64,000 nt of DNA, from positions 32,001 to 96,000 of the IMG/VR virus record IMGVR_UViG_3300006143_000333. One strand, given 5' to 3'. Shown one piece after another: positions 1-8,968 of the stretch. The DNA comes from a virus (Duplodnaviria; Caudoviricetes). The notes under the pieces are model-generated. The model was given only the letters and a program-made list of their open reading frames with translations. It ran no database searches and was not told where the DNA came from. Each line of letters opens with the position of its first letter. Positions within the stretch are counted from its first letter, which is position 1. The position numbers were made by a program, and so were the translations under genes.

Positions 1-238
1 TGGTCACATTATTAACCCAAAAAGATGTGACAGCAGAGGCATTTATTGATTTAAAAATGAAAAATAAAGATTCTTTTCAAAGTTTTAATGTTTTAGATGA
101 TAATACATTTATAGATATTAATATTGACGGTACATATATTAAGGTTATGATACATGATGATATTTCGCGATAGAAAATATATGAGATTGCACTTATACAA
201 AATTAATTGAAATGTTGCTTTCAAGTGGAGGTAGAATA

Positions 239-469
239 GTGGATAATTTTAAATTATTTAAGGATATATCAGATGAAGAAATGTTGGAAATGTATAAAGA
301 TATTTTAGGAAGTAAAGAAATGGGGTTGCGACCCAGAAGTTTAGATTCATATGCAAAACAGTTAAAAGAAACTTGTCGTTTTGAAATGTTATCCCAAGCG
401 ACAAATTTTGTGATTGAACTTTTTTATGAAGAAGTTGCACTGAGATATTTTAGGAATATAAACGGATGA
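239..469 (+). CDS. Hypothetical protein
   Basis: GTG after GGAGGT SD; ORF track 212..469. Confidence 0.6.
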   Translation: MDNFKLFKDISDEEMLEMYKDILGSKEMGLRPRSLDSYAKQLKETCRFEMLSQATNFVIELFYEEVALRYFRNING

Positions 470-575
470 AAAAATGATGTTTTAAGTGGAGAAAAAAATA
501 TGATTTACTTGGATTGTGGTAATATGGATATAAGATATGATGAAAAAGAAAAGCGGTTTTAGATCATAAATTTTG

Positions 576-636
576 TTGACTTGTATATAATAACGGCATA
601 TAATATAAGTACAGTAAATAGTACGGTTTTAAGTAC
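576..636 (+). promoter_or_regulatory. SigA promoter and TA operator
   Basis: TTGACT(576)-17bp-TATAAT(599); GTAC cores at 609, 621, 633 with 12-bp period, as in yefM-yoeB operators. Confidence 0.75.
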
Positions 637-651
637 GTAGAGAGGTGCGCT

Positions 652-909
652 ATGATTGCAACGAAACAGATGGATGTAAGAGCAAATATAAAAAAATATT
701 TCGACATGGCGTTTGATGGGGAGCCAGTGATTGTTTCCCGTAAAGAGAATAAAAATGTTGTTATAATATCTGAAGCAGAATATAACGAATTATCAAAAGC
801 TAAGAAGAATGCTGAATATCTAGCAAAATTGAATAAGGCAGATGAACAGATTAAAAACGGTCAGGTGGTAACAAAAACTATGGATGAGCTTCTGGCAATG
901 GAGGAATAG
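652..909 (+). CDS. yefM: Phd/YefM family antitoxin
   Basis: DVRANIKKYFD..GEPVIVSRK..VVIISEAEYNEL pattern; directly upstream of toxin. Confidence 0.85.
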   Translation: MIATKQMDVRANIKKYFDMAFDGEPVIVSRKENKNVVIISEAEYNELSKAKKNAEYLAKLNKADEQIKNGQVVTKTMDELLAMEE

Positions 910-912
910 TCT

Positions 913-1176
913 ATGAAAATCACTTTTGCAGAAGATGGATGGAGTGAATATCTCTATTGGCAGACTCAGGATAAAAAGACAGTAAAGAAGATAAACCAGT
1001 TATTGCAAAGTATAGAACGGGATGGTGTATTACAAGGTATAGGTAAGCCAGAACCATTAAAATATGGGAAGTCGGGATCATTTAGTAGACGAATAGATGA
1101 AGCGAATCGCTTGGTTTATGAAGTTTCTGATGACCAAATTATTGTAAAATCATGCAAAGGACATTATGATGATTGA
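913..1176 (+). CDS. yoeB: Txe/YoeB family toxin
   Basis: YLYWQTQDKK, GIGKPEPLK, SRRIDEANRLVY, C-terminal GHY. Confidence 0.93.
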   Translation: MKITFAEDGWSEYLYWQTQDKKTVKKINQLLQSIERDGVLQGIGKPEPLKYGKSGSFSRRIDEANRLVYEVSDDQIIVKSCKGHYDD

Positions 1177-1179
1177 TAG

Positions 1180-1206
1180 TAGGGATTGAGAATAGATCAA
1201 TCCCTA
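1180..1206 (+). terminator. Hairpin after TA operon
   Basis: TAGGGATTGA-gaataga-TCAATCCCTA perfect 10-bp stem; weak U-tract. Confidence 0.55.
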
Positions 1207-1254
1207 TAGTTAAATTTGAAGAAGTAATTGATGAAAATAATGGAGGAAAATATT

Positions 1255-1716
1255 ATGAGTAAATTTAAAGCATTAGATGTTGGGAAACCTTTTATACAGC
1301 CAGAGAGTCCGTTTTTCTTATTGACGGAAGATTCTGATGGGAATGTGTCTTATTGTTGGTGGGATAATGAAGAAGGACTTCAGGAAGATGCTGTTGAGAG
1401 AAGGGGATCGGGAGAACGGATTATTTGTGCAATTGAGATTTCTTCATGTAGAAATGTGGAAATTCCTCCTGAGTATACTGTGGATGATTTTATAGAGGAA
1501 GTCAATTCTGCTTATGATGATGCAAAAGAAAGAGGATTTGACAGTATTGTTTTAGCGATAGAAACAGATACGGAACAAACATATTATATCAATGACACAG
1601 AAGATGGATTCCAGTGTGATGAATTTGATTATTGCTTTGAAGATTTGGATTCCATTGCAGAAGCATTATTTAATGAGAAAATTATTGGAAAACCTGTGGA
1701 GATTAGAATTGAGTAA
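1255..1716 (+). CDS. Acidic hypothetical protein
   Basis: ATG after GGAGG; ORF track 1228..1716. Confidence 0.65.
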   Translation: MSKFKALDVGKPFIQPESPFFLLTEDSDGNVSYCWWDNEEGLQEDAVERRGSGERIICAIEISSCRNVEIPPEYTVDDFIEEVNSAYDDAKERGFDSIVLAIETDTEQTYYINDTEDGFQCDEFDYCFEDLDSIAEALFNEKIIGKPVEIRIE

Positions 1717-1739
1717 TTTTATGAAAGGAAGTGAAATAG

Positions 1740-2948
1740 ATAAAGGTAAATAGAACAGAACAACACAAAATAAAACCTGATTCTGATTTTACCAAATTCA
1801 TTGACGAATACTGTTTCAAGTCAAAAAATCTTTACAACTATGCTAATTATATTATCCGTCAGGAATTTATCAACAACAATAACTGGATCAGATATAACAA
1901 GTTATTTGAGTTGGTAAAAGAATCAGAACCATACAAAGATTTAGGAAGTAATGTAGGACAAGGAACGCTCAGAATACTTGATAAAGCATGGAAATCATTT
2001 TTTAAAGCCATCAAAGATTGGTCAAAGAATCCATCAAAGTATCTTGGCAGACCCAAACTTCCAAAATATAGACCAAAAGACGGAAGATTTATATTGTCTC
2101 TTGATAGTAATAAAGTCAAGTTGAAAGGTGAATATGTATATTTTGCGTGGAAACCATTTAAGCAATTCAATCATCGGTTCAGGACAAATGCTAAAGAGAG
2201 AATATTACAGTGTAGATTCATTCCGAAAGCTGGTCATTATGTGATGGAAATTGTTTATGAGATGGAAGTTCCTGATTGTGTGGATTCTTCTGAGCGTGTA
2301 GCTGCTATCGACATAGGAGTTGATAATTTCATAACTATGGTAAACAACATAGGCGAGGAACCTATCGCTGTTAAAGGTGGAGTCATCAAGTCTATCAATC
2401 AGTTTTACAATAAGCAAAAAGCAGAAATACAATCAGAATTGAAGAAGACAAATAAGCATGATTGGTCAAAGCGATTACGGAAACTTACAGACAAGCGATA
2501 TGGGATGATTAAATATCAGATGCATTGTATCAGCAAGTATGTGATTGATTGGTGTGTTTTGTATGGCATTGATACTCTGATTGTGGGGCACAATGACGAA
2601 TGGAAACAAAAGAATAAAGGTATGCAGAATTTTACTTACATTCCTTATGATATGTTTATACAGATGCTTTCCTATAAGTGCGAGAATAATGGGATAAAAT
2701 TTGTAGAGACAGAAGAGGGATATACTTCTGGGACATCGTTTGTAGATGGAGAAGATCCTGTGAAAACCAATTATGATAAATCCAGAAGAGTTCATAGAGG
2801 TTTATTTGTAGGAAACAATGGTACACAGATAAACGCTGATGTCAACGGTGCGTATCAAATTATGAAAAAAGTAATCCCAAATGCTTTCGCAAATGGGATA
2901 GAGGGTGCAGGTTTACATCCATTGACTATTAAGAAATTGATAGCATAA
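1740..2948 (+). CDS. tnpB: TnpB-family RNA-guided nuclease (IS200/IS605, IS1341-like), no tnpA
   Basis: RuvC-I AIDIGVDN, EEGYTS, RuvC-III NADVNGAYQI; frame extends to ATA at 1740 (KVNRTEQH..SKNLYNYANYIIRQ) behind AAGGAAGTG. Confidence 0.85.
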   Translation: MKVNRTEQHKIKPDSDFTKFIDEYCFKSKNLYNYANYIIRQEFINNNNWIRYNKLFELVKESEPYKDLGSNVGQGTLRILDKAWKSFFKAIKDWSKNPSKYLGRPKLPKYRPKDGRFILSLDSNKVKLKGEYVYFAWKPFKQFNHRFRTNAKERILQCRFIPKAGHYVMEIVYEMEVPDCVDSSERVAAIDIGVDNFITMVNNIGEEPIAVKGGVIKSINQFYNKQKAEIQSELKKTNKHDWSKRLRKLTDKRYGMIKYQMHCISKYVIDWCVLYGIDTLIVGHNDEWKQKNKGMQNFTYIPYDMFIQMLSYKCENNGIKFVETEEGYTSGTSFVDGEDPVKTNYDKSRRVHRGLFVGNNGTQINADVNGAYQIMKKVIPNAFANGIEGAGLHPLTIKKLIA

Positions 2949-2994
2949 ATGGTAGAAATGCCAATGAATTGCTGTTTTTAAGTGGAAGTTTTGA

Positions 2995-3162
2995 ATGTTT
3001 AATAAAAATGGGAAAAGAGTGATTCGAGTTGCGATTAAACATATTATTGAATTGCCACAAAATATTTCAGATGATGAAATTGAGAAGTTTTTAGAAGAAA
3101 AGTATAATGGAAAAGAATATCAATGGTGCGACGGAGATCAAGATGTTTTTGGTGATTTTTAG
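2995..3162 (+). CDS. 55-aa protein, paralog of 5401..5568
   Basis: MFNKNGKRVI...GKEYQWCDGD; 19/55 ungapped identity with 5401..5568. Confidence 0.7.
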   Translation: MFNKNGKRVIRVAIKHIIELPQNISDDEIEKFLEEKYNGKEYQWCDGDQDVFGDF

Positions 3163-3185
3163 AAATGAAAGGCTGGATTTATTGA

Positions 3186-3452
3186 TTGGAGGAAAAGATG
3201 GTAAGAGTAAATAGATGTGGAAAAATGGAAGATAGATTTATTAATGGCTGGTGTAAGGAATGCGAATCAACTTGCGAGATGGATGAAGGACAAATGATTG
3301 ATAAAAGGATATATGATTATGCTATGAGACATGGCTTACTATCATGTGGGATGTTTTCAATAAGTAATTTTAAAAATTATTTTGAAAATCATCCATGTAT
3401 TGATAAAGAACCAAAATACATACAGAATTATTTAAAAACAATAGAATTCTAG
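3186..3452 (+). CDS. Hypothetical Cys-containing protein
   Basis: ORF track; bounded by junction repeats (3166 and a degenerate copy at 3442). Confidence 0.55.
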   Translation: MEEKMVRVNRCGKMEDRFINGWCKECESTCEMDEGQMIDKRIYDYAMRHGLLSCGMFSISNFKNYFENHPCIDKEPKYIQNYLKTIEF

Positions 3453-3479
3453 TTTTGTGGTATAGGTAGGGATAATATT

Positions 3480-4013
3480 ATGGAGAAGATAGCGAGGTTT
3501 AAGGATATTCCGCAGTTTACGACAAGTGGTAATTGGCAGTGCGATTTTGAACCTGTTGGTTTGATAAAATTTATAGATGAACAAGTATCCGAAGAAGGAT
3601 TACAACTTAATCCTAAGTTTCAAAGAGGACACGTCTGGTCAAGTAAACAGCAAATAGCATACATTGAATATTTTTTGAAAGGTGGAAAATCTGGAACAGT
3701 AATTTATTTAAATAAACCTGATTGGAATATTAATATGCCAGTTGGCGAATATAATGAATTTGTATGTGTTGATGGTTTGCAACGTATTACAGCATTTCGG
3801 AGATTTATAAACAATGAAATTAAAATATTTGATTCGTATTTTAGAGAATATACTGATAAATTGCGAATGAAATTTACAATTAAGGTTAATATAAATGATT
3901 TGAAATCAGAAAAAGAAGTGTTACAATGGTATGTGGATATGAATGCTGGCGGAACACCACATACAAGTGGCGAGATTGAAAAAGTAAGAAAAATGATTCA
4001 AGAACTTGGATAA
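3480..4013 (+). CDS. DUF262 (ParB/Srx-like) domain protein
   Basis: PKFQRGHVWS and VDGLQRITA motifs. Confidence 0.8.
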   Translation: MEKIARFKDIPQFTTSGNWQCDFEPVGLIKFIDEQVSEEGLQLNPKFQRGHVWSSKQQIAYIEYFLKGGKSGTVIYLNKPDWNINMPVGEYNEFVCVDGLQRITAFRRFINNEIKIFDSYFREYTDKLRMKFTIKVNINDLKSEKEVLQWYVDMNAGGTPHTSGEIEKVRKMIQELG

Positions 4014-4023
4014 TTAGTGATAT

Positions 4024-4779
4024 ATGCGAGGTGCAGATATGAATAATCTTACGAATAAAGAGTTTTTATATTTCCTTTTAGAAAGATGCAAAATAGAAAG
4101 AGAAAAATTTGACAGATCCGGCGTGTATGCATATACACAACGTTTACTTGCCTATAACTCAAATAAGATTGAGGGTAGCACACTTACTGAGGAGCAAACT
4201 GCTTCACTGTTTGATAATGGAATTCTACCTAAATCTGATGATTATTATAGGGCAAAAGATGTTGAGGAAATGAATGGGCATTTTCTCATGTTTAATAAAA
4301 TGTTGGATACATTGGATGAACCGTTATCACAGGAACTAATAAAACAATTTCATTATGAGTTAAAGTCTGGAGTATTTGAGGATAGGGCTAATGGATATGC
4401 AATTGGTGATTATAAGCAGCGTCCTAATATGATAGGTATGTATCAAACTGTAAGACCAGAAGATGTTGCTCAAGAAATTTATTTACTAATGGATTGGTAT
4501 GATGGTCAGGCAATAAATATTTCTGTATTAGCTGAGTTTCATGCAAGATACGAGAGCATTCATCCTTTCCAAGACGGGAATGGTAGGACGGGAAGATTGA
4601 TTCTCTTTAGGGAGTGCTTGAAGAATGGTGTTGTGCCGGTTGTGATTGAAGATTCAAATAGAAATGAGTATCTGGAGGCATTAAAAGAATATAGAGAAGA
4701 AAAATCTTTGAATAAGCTGATTGAGTTGTTTAAAAAAGAGCAGCAATTTTATCTTGAGAAGTGCAACTATTTTATGTGA
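4024..4779 (+). CDS. Fic family protein
   Basis: HPFQDGNGRTGR Fic motif; YNSNKIEG inhibitory-helix-like motif. Confidence 0.92.
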   Translation: MRGADMNNLTNKEFLYFLLERCKIEREKFDRSGVYAYTQRLLAYNSNKIEGSTLTEEQTASLFDNGILPKSDDYYRAKDVEEMNGHFLMFNKMLDTLDEPLSQELIKQFHYELKSGVFEDRANGYAIGDYKQRPNMIGMYQTVRPEDVAQEIYLLMDWYDGQAINISVLAEFHARYESIHPFQDGNGRTGRLILFRECLKNGVVPVVIEDSNRNEYLEALKEYREEKSLNKLIELFKKEQQFYLEKCNYFM

Positions 4780-4817
4780 GATTAGGATGAATGTTCAGTT
4801 TTAAGGGGATATAATAT

Positions 4818-5369
4818 ATGAGGATGGATATAATAGCTACTGCTATTGAAGATGCAATTGAGAAAAGATGTTTTTTACCAGCTTTGTCATTATCGTTGGT
4901 TATACCTGATATTTGTGCTAAATATGATTATCCTGATATCTATAAAAAGAAATCTGATTACAAAGGATATAAAGGACAAGGTGCTGCATATGCTAAATGG
5001 TATGATGAAAACATTGGAAATTATGATATTGATCCGAAGACAGGTATAGGATTAATTGATGGTAGAAGTTGCTGGAAATTAAGATGCGAGTTTTTACATA
5101 GTGGTAGCATTGATCTTGATAATTTTATGAGCGTAGATGATAAACATATAACATTTAAGTTGATTTCATCTAGATATTCTGATTTAAAATGGACAATAGG
5201 CGGATGCTCTGCAGTTGCATATAGTGAGAATAAAAAGAAACAGGATATTGAGCTGGATATAGTAAATTTATGTGGGAAAATATTAGCTGTTCTAAGACAT
5301 TCTTATTTAACTGACGATAATTTTATAAAAGCAACGGAGAATAAAGCTTTAAACTATATAGAACAATAG
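4818..5369 (+). CDS. HEPN-like protein
   Basis: ALSLSLVIPDIC N-terminus and LRCEFLH (Rx4H) motif. Confidence 0.5.
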   Translation: MRMDIIATAIEDAIEKRCFLPALSLSLVIPDICAKYDYPDIYKKKSDYKGYKGQGAAYAKWYDENIGNYDIDPKTGIGLIDGRSCWKLRCEFLHSGSIDLDNFMSVDDKHITFKLISSRYSDLKWTIGGCSAVAYSENKKKQDIELDIVNLCGKILAVLRHSYLTDDNFIKATENKALNYIEQ

Positions 5370-5400
5370 CGAATAAAAGTGAAATTTCATGAGGTGTGTG

Positions 5401-5568
5401 ATGATTTTAAATAATGGATATAGAAAGATAAAGTATTGTGTGGTTAAAGAAATAGAAGTCAATGAAAACTTGTCAGGATCAGAAATAGACGATTATATTG
5501 AAAATATTGCAGAAGGAAAAGATTACGTGTGGTGTGATGCTGATGAGAATTTATTAGACATGAAATAA
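5401..5568 (+). CDS. 55-aa protein, paralog of 2995..3162
   Basis: MILNNGYRKI...GKDYVWCDAD; GAGGTG SD. Confidence 0.7.
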   Translation: MILNNGYRKIKYCVVKEIEVNENLSGSEIDDYIENIAEGKDYVWCDADENLLDMK

Positions 5569-5605
5569 CTATTTTATCATGTAAAGATGAGAGGACTGAA
5601 AGAAA

Positions 5606-5851
5606 TCAGTCCTCTTTTTGATGAAGAACAGGATCGTTTGTACGCCCAACAAGATAATCAATTGAAACATCAAAATAATCAGCAAGTTTGATTAACATAT
5701 CTAAGCTTGGTTTTTTGTTTCCGTTTTCAAAATTACCAATAGTACCCCTTGTGGTTTCAATTTCTTTACCAAGCTGCTCCATAGTAAGTTTTTTGGAAGT
5801 CCTTAATTCTTTTAGTCTTTCAGAAAAACTAGGGAAAAAGAAAAAAAACAT
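5606..5851 (-). CDS. XRE-family repressor (CI/ImmR-like)
   Basis: FSERLKELR..ENGNKKPSLDMLIKLADYFDVSIDYLVGRT; ATG behind AGAGGTG. Confidence 0.88.
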   Translation of the reverse strand: MFFFFFPSFSERLKELRTSKKLTMEQLGKEIETTRGTIGNFENGNKKPSLDMLIKLADYFDVSIDYLVGRTNDPVLHQKED

Positions 5852-5862
5852 AAAATCACCTC

Positions 5863-5914
5863 TTGACAAAAGTATTCTGATAGAATACAATAAATATGTA
5901 TTCAAACGGAATAC
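5863..5914 (+). promoter_or_regulatory. cro promoter with two GTATTC-N5-GAATAC operators
   Basis: TTGACA(5863)-17-TACAAT(5886); palindromes at 5872-5888 and 5898-5914 between divergent HTH genes. Confidence 0.8.
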
Positions 5915-5935
5915 ATAACTGGAAAGGAGATAATT

Positions 5936-6151
5936 ATGACCCAGCTAAAACAAATCCGTTTGAAGAATAAATGGACTCAACAGTATGTGGCTGATAGAAT
6001 TGGAATTACAAAGTCAGCATATTCAAACATTGAAAATCAAAATAGGAATCCATCATTAAAAGTAGCCTTACAATTACAAAAATTGTTTGGTTTATCAATT
6101 GAAAAACTAATGGAAAATGAGAATAGCAACTCTTCACCGACCAAAGTTTAG
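5936..6151 (+). CDS. Cro-like XRE regulator
   Basis: TQQYVADRIGITKSAYSNIENQNRNPSL HTH; divergent from repressor. Confidence 0.88.
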   Translation: MTQLKQIRLKNKWTQQYVADRIGITKSAYSNIENQNRNPSLKVALQLQKLFGLSIEKLMENENSNSSPTKV

Positions 6152-6226
6152 AAGTTGCCATTCGCCAAATGATTTGAACTAAGTCCTAATCTTTTTTATT
6201 TTATCGTACTTTCTGGACTATTTCAA
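6121..6226 (-). ncRNA. Putative antisense RNA unit 1 (upstream of antirepressor-like gene)
   Basis: Minus-strand TTGAAA(6226-6221)-17-TAAAAT; hairpin 6121-6163. Confidence 0.5.
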
Positions 6227-6365
6227 GTCGAATTTTCAAAAATCGTACCTTGATAATTTAATATTGAGTATCGCAAGTATAATTTTAGAAAAAATGTGAA
6301 AAGTTTTGTAGAAATAGTTAGTGGAACTGTTGATCAAAACTTATTTACAGAAAGGAAATGATAGA

Positions 6366-7331
6366 ATGAGAATTAAAGAGAAACAAAACGAAAACATTAT
6401 CGCTGATAGGAGTATTAGAGATAAGTGTGCAGAGCATTATGAGGTATTAGAAAAAGTCAAAAAGTTGTTACTTATTTCAGGAACAGATTTTGCAGTAATT
6501 GCACAGGTTGCAGATTATTATGGAACTGGCTTAGAGGCAATAGCTTCATTGGTAAAAGATAATCGAGAAGAACTTTTGGAAGATGGATTGGTTAATGCTT
6601 CTGGGCAAGAAACGAAAGAAATTTTAGCAAAGTCCTCAAAGAACTTTGCTAATGAGAGAGGCTATTTTGTATGTGATGGAATTAAATTTAATCATAGAAA
6701 TAACTTATTATTTCCTCGTAGAGCGATTTTACGTGTAGGAATGTTGCTTAGAGATTCTGAAGTTGCAAAGGAAGTTCGGACACAGTTACTAAATATAGAA
6801 GAAAAAGCTTCTGATGAAACTAAGACACAAGATATTGACGAAGAACAGAGTCTTATGTTATCGGTAGGAATGGCAGTTGCAAGTGGTGACGCAACGGCAG
6901 TAGCAGTGGCTTCTGCAAAGTTGGTAGAATTTAAAAATCGCCACATCCAGAAATTAGAAAATGATAACAAAGCTCTTGCTGAAGGAATTCTTGAATGGAA
7001 AGACAGGAATAAACTTAACGCTGGTATCAGGAAGCTTGCTGCTGTGACAGGAATTCATTTTAGCAAGATGTGGAATGAATTATATAAGAATCTTCAGTAT
7101 AAGTATGGGATCTGTGTAAAGCAGAGAGGAGGTACTCCATATATACAGTGGATTGACGAGTCTGAGTGGGCTGATGTAATGAAAACATTTTGTGCTATGT
7201 GTGAAGCATATGAACAGTCGCCAACAGAGATGTTACAACAGAGTACACCATTACAAAATTTAAAGCAAAATGATAAGCTAAAGGGTATGGCAGCTTTGAA
7301 TGATTTAAAAGCAAGGCGGATAAGTGTTTAA
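6366..7331 (+). CDS. Antirepressor-like DNA-binding protein
   Basis: FPRRAILRVGMLLRDSEVAKEVRTQLL motif, coiled coil; position after cro. Confidence 0.6.
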   Translation: MRIKEKQNENIIADRSIRDKCAEHYEVLEKVKKLLLISGTDFAVIAQVADYYGTGLEAIASLVKDNREELLEDGLVNASGQETKEILAKSSKNFANERGYFVCDGIKFNHRNNLLFPRRAILRVGMLLRDSEVAKEVRTQLLNIEEKASDETKTQDIDEEQSLMLSVGMAVASGDATAVAVASAKLVEFKNRHIQKLENDNKALAEGILEWKDRNKLNAGIRKLAAVTGIHFSKMWNELYKNLQYKYGICVKQRGGTPYIQWIDESEWADVMKTFCAMCEAYEQSPTEMLQQSTPLQNLKQNDKLKGMAALNDLKARRISV

Positions 7332-7340
7332 AATTACATA

Positions 7341-7370
7341 TGGTCAGTATGTATAAAAGCATACTGACCA
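7341..7370. terminator. Hairpin between convergent genes
   Basis: TGGTCAGTATG / CATACTGACCA 11-bp stem. Confidence 0.6.
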
Positions 7371-7538
7371 ATATAGAAACCATAATTTTATCTTTGATAT
7401 TAGCCAGTTTAGCATAGAAAAATCCTTATTTCTATACTAAAAATATGGAAGCAATGGATAAAACTGTAATATGATCAACCATCTATAAGTGTAAAAGCGT
7501 GTAAAATAGGCATTTCTGCATATGAAAATAAGATAAAA

Positions 7539-7781
7539 TTATGGTTTCATCTGTTTTAATAAAAGCTGCATTTGAGGATCGTCAGATGTCAATATTTCAA
7601 TTGGTGAACATTCTAGTTCTTTGCAAATTGACTCAAGTATTTCAAATTTTATAGATGTTGATGTCCCTTTATATATATTATCAATAGTAGGATAGGTAAC
7701 ACCGATACGTTTTGCCAGCTCATATCGAGTCATGCCTTTTTCTTTTAATTTGTTTTGTATAAATATTTTCATATATACCAA
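7539..7781 (-). CDS. XRE/Cro-C1 HTH regulator
   Basis: MTRYELAKRIGVTYPTIDNIYKG..IKFEILESICKELEC. Confidence 0.85.
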   Translation of the reverse strand: MVYMKIFIQNKLKEKGMTRYELAKRIGVTYPTIDNIYKGTSTSIKFEILESICKELECSPIEILTSDDPQMQLLLKQMKP

Positions 7782-7847
7782 CCTTTCTATATATAGAATA
7801 ACATATATATAAAGAAAAGAAAATATAAAAAATAATTATAATAATTG

Positions 7848-7876
7848 TTGACAATATATATAGTTAAGTATATAAT
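7848..7876 (+). promoter_or_regulatory. Consensus SigA promoter for mazF-like gene
   Basis: TTGACA-17-TATAAT. Confidence 0.8.
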
Positions 7877-7928
7877 ATAAAATATCAAAGGCAAAATTAA
7901 GTACATATCACGAGAGAGGAGGATACAT

Positions 7929-8309
7929 ATGGAGCTTCATAGATACGATATTATAGAGGCAGAATTAGATTATGGGACTGGCTCTATTCAGAAAAAGAAG
8001 AGGCCATATATAATTGTAAGTAATGAGAAAGGAACAACAAATGCAAGTATCATTACTGTAATGCCTTTGACTCATATTATAAAAAAGCAGCATCTTCCAG
8101 TTCATGGGTGTTTACAAGCAGAATCTGAGACTGGATTATCTATGTACTCTATGATTCTTGGTGAACAGCCACAAACGATTTGTAAAGAAGAAGTAATTAA
8201 GAAATTAGGGAACGTTTCAGATCGCAAACAGAGAAATAATGTAAATAAAGTTTGTTTCAATACATTTTTCTTTGGAGAAATCATTAATTGGGAAGAGGTG
8301 TTAGCATAA
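7929..8309 (+). CDS. PemK/MazF family endoribonuclease
   Basis: GSIQKKKRPYIIVSN, ITVMPLT, SMILGEQPQTI. Confidence 0.8.
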   Translation: MELHRYDIIEAELDYGTGSIQKKKRPYIIVSNEKGTTNASIITVMPLTHIIKKQHLPVHGCLQAESETGLSMYSMILGEQPQTICKEEVIKKLGNVSDRKQRNNVNKVCFNTFFFGEIINWEEVLA

Positions 8310-8581
8310 TGAATGTTATTGTGTGTTCTGTAAAAGAAGCATATAAGTTAATGGAACATATGGATGAAGAGGATATGGTTGTATTAACTGTTTTGAACAA
8401 GAAAACTCATATTCATAGTATTCCGAAAAGAATTAAGAAGAAAAATGGAGAAGAATTAATAAAACGAGCAGATAACATTCTTTATCAAAATAATAATTTT
8501 TTTGGCATGTTGTCATTGTATGGAGTTACAAAAAAGGAAAAAGATACCATTCATAACATATCTTTTCCACAATTAGAATAA
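8309..8581 (+). CDS. Hypothetical protein coupled to mazF-like gene
   Basis: TAATG stop/start overlap, GAGGTG SD. Confidence 0.6.
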   Translation: MNVIVCSVKEAYKLMEHMDEEDMVVLTVLNKKTHIHSIPKRIKKKNGEELIKRADNILYQNNNFFGMLSLYGVTKKEKDTIHNISFPQLE

Positions 8582-8587
8582 AAATAC

Positions 8588-8639
8588 AAACTAATGTTCG
8601 ATTTTCTTATTGACAAGAATATATGTTCGGGGTTATAAT
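8588..8639 (+). promoter_or_regulatory. SigA promoter with LexA (Cheo)-like boxes
   Basis: TTGACA(8610)-18-TATAAT(8634); GAAT-atat-GTTC (8617) and AAAC-taat-GTTC (8588) versus GAAC-N4-GTTC. Confidence 0.65.
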
Positions 8640-8655
8640 ACCATCAGAAACAAAA

Positions 8656-8758
8656 AGACCTATCCTCAAACGGTGTTGGCGCACCATCGGACAGGTCTAA
8701 TACATAAACGAGCAGAAACGCTCACTTGTATTTTACATAGTTAATTTTTATAAGTCAA
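8656..8758 (-). ncRNA. Putative antisense RNA unit 2
   Basis: Minus-strand TTGACT-17-TAAAAT; hairpin 8656-8698 with T-tract on minus strand. Confidence 0.5.
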
Positions 8759-8818
8759 GTAAATTCAAGCGGTTCTGCAAAAATTCATAATATTATAATT
8801 GAATATTTTGACAATTAT

Positions 8819-8892
8819 GGATCTATAGCTCAGTTGGTGAGAGCAATCGTCTCATAAGCGATAGGTCTTGGGTTCGAGTCCCAATAGATCCA
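8819..8892 (+). tRNA. tRNA with CAT anticodon, most likely tRNA-Ile2 (lysidine), CCA not encoded
   Basis: Acceptor GGATCTA/TAGATCC plus A73, D arm GCTC/GAGC, anticodon loop CTCATAA, GGTTCGAGTCC T arm; G1-C72 excludes fMet. Confidence 0.9.
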
Positions 8893-8968
8893 TTAAATCA
8901 GTGTTTTAAGAACACTGTATTTTTTGTACGCATTTTTTAAAATTTAATGAGAAAGGAATGAAGAAAAA

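Noticed and set aside
8819-8892. Initiator tRNA-fMet
   Set aside because: G1-C72 is paired and the anticodon stem lacks three consecutive G-C pairs
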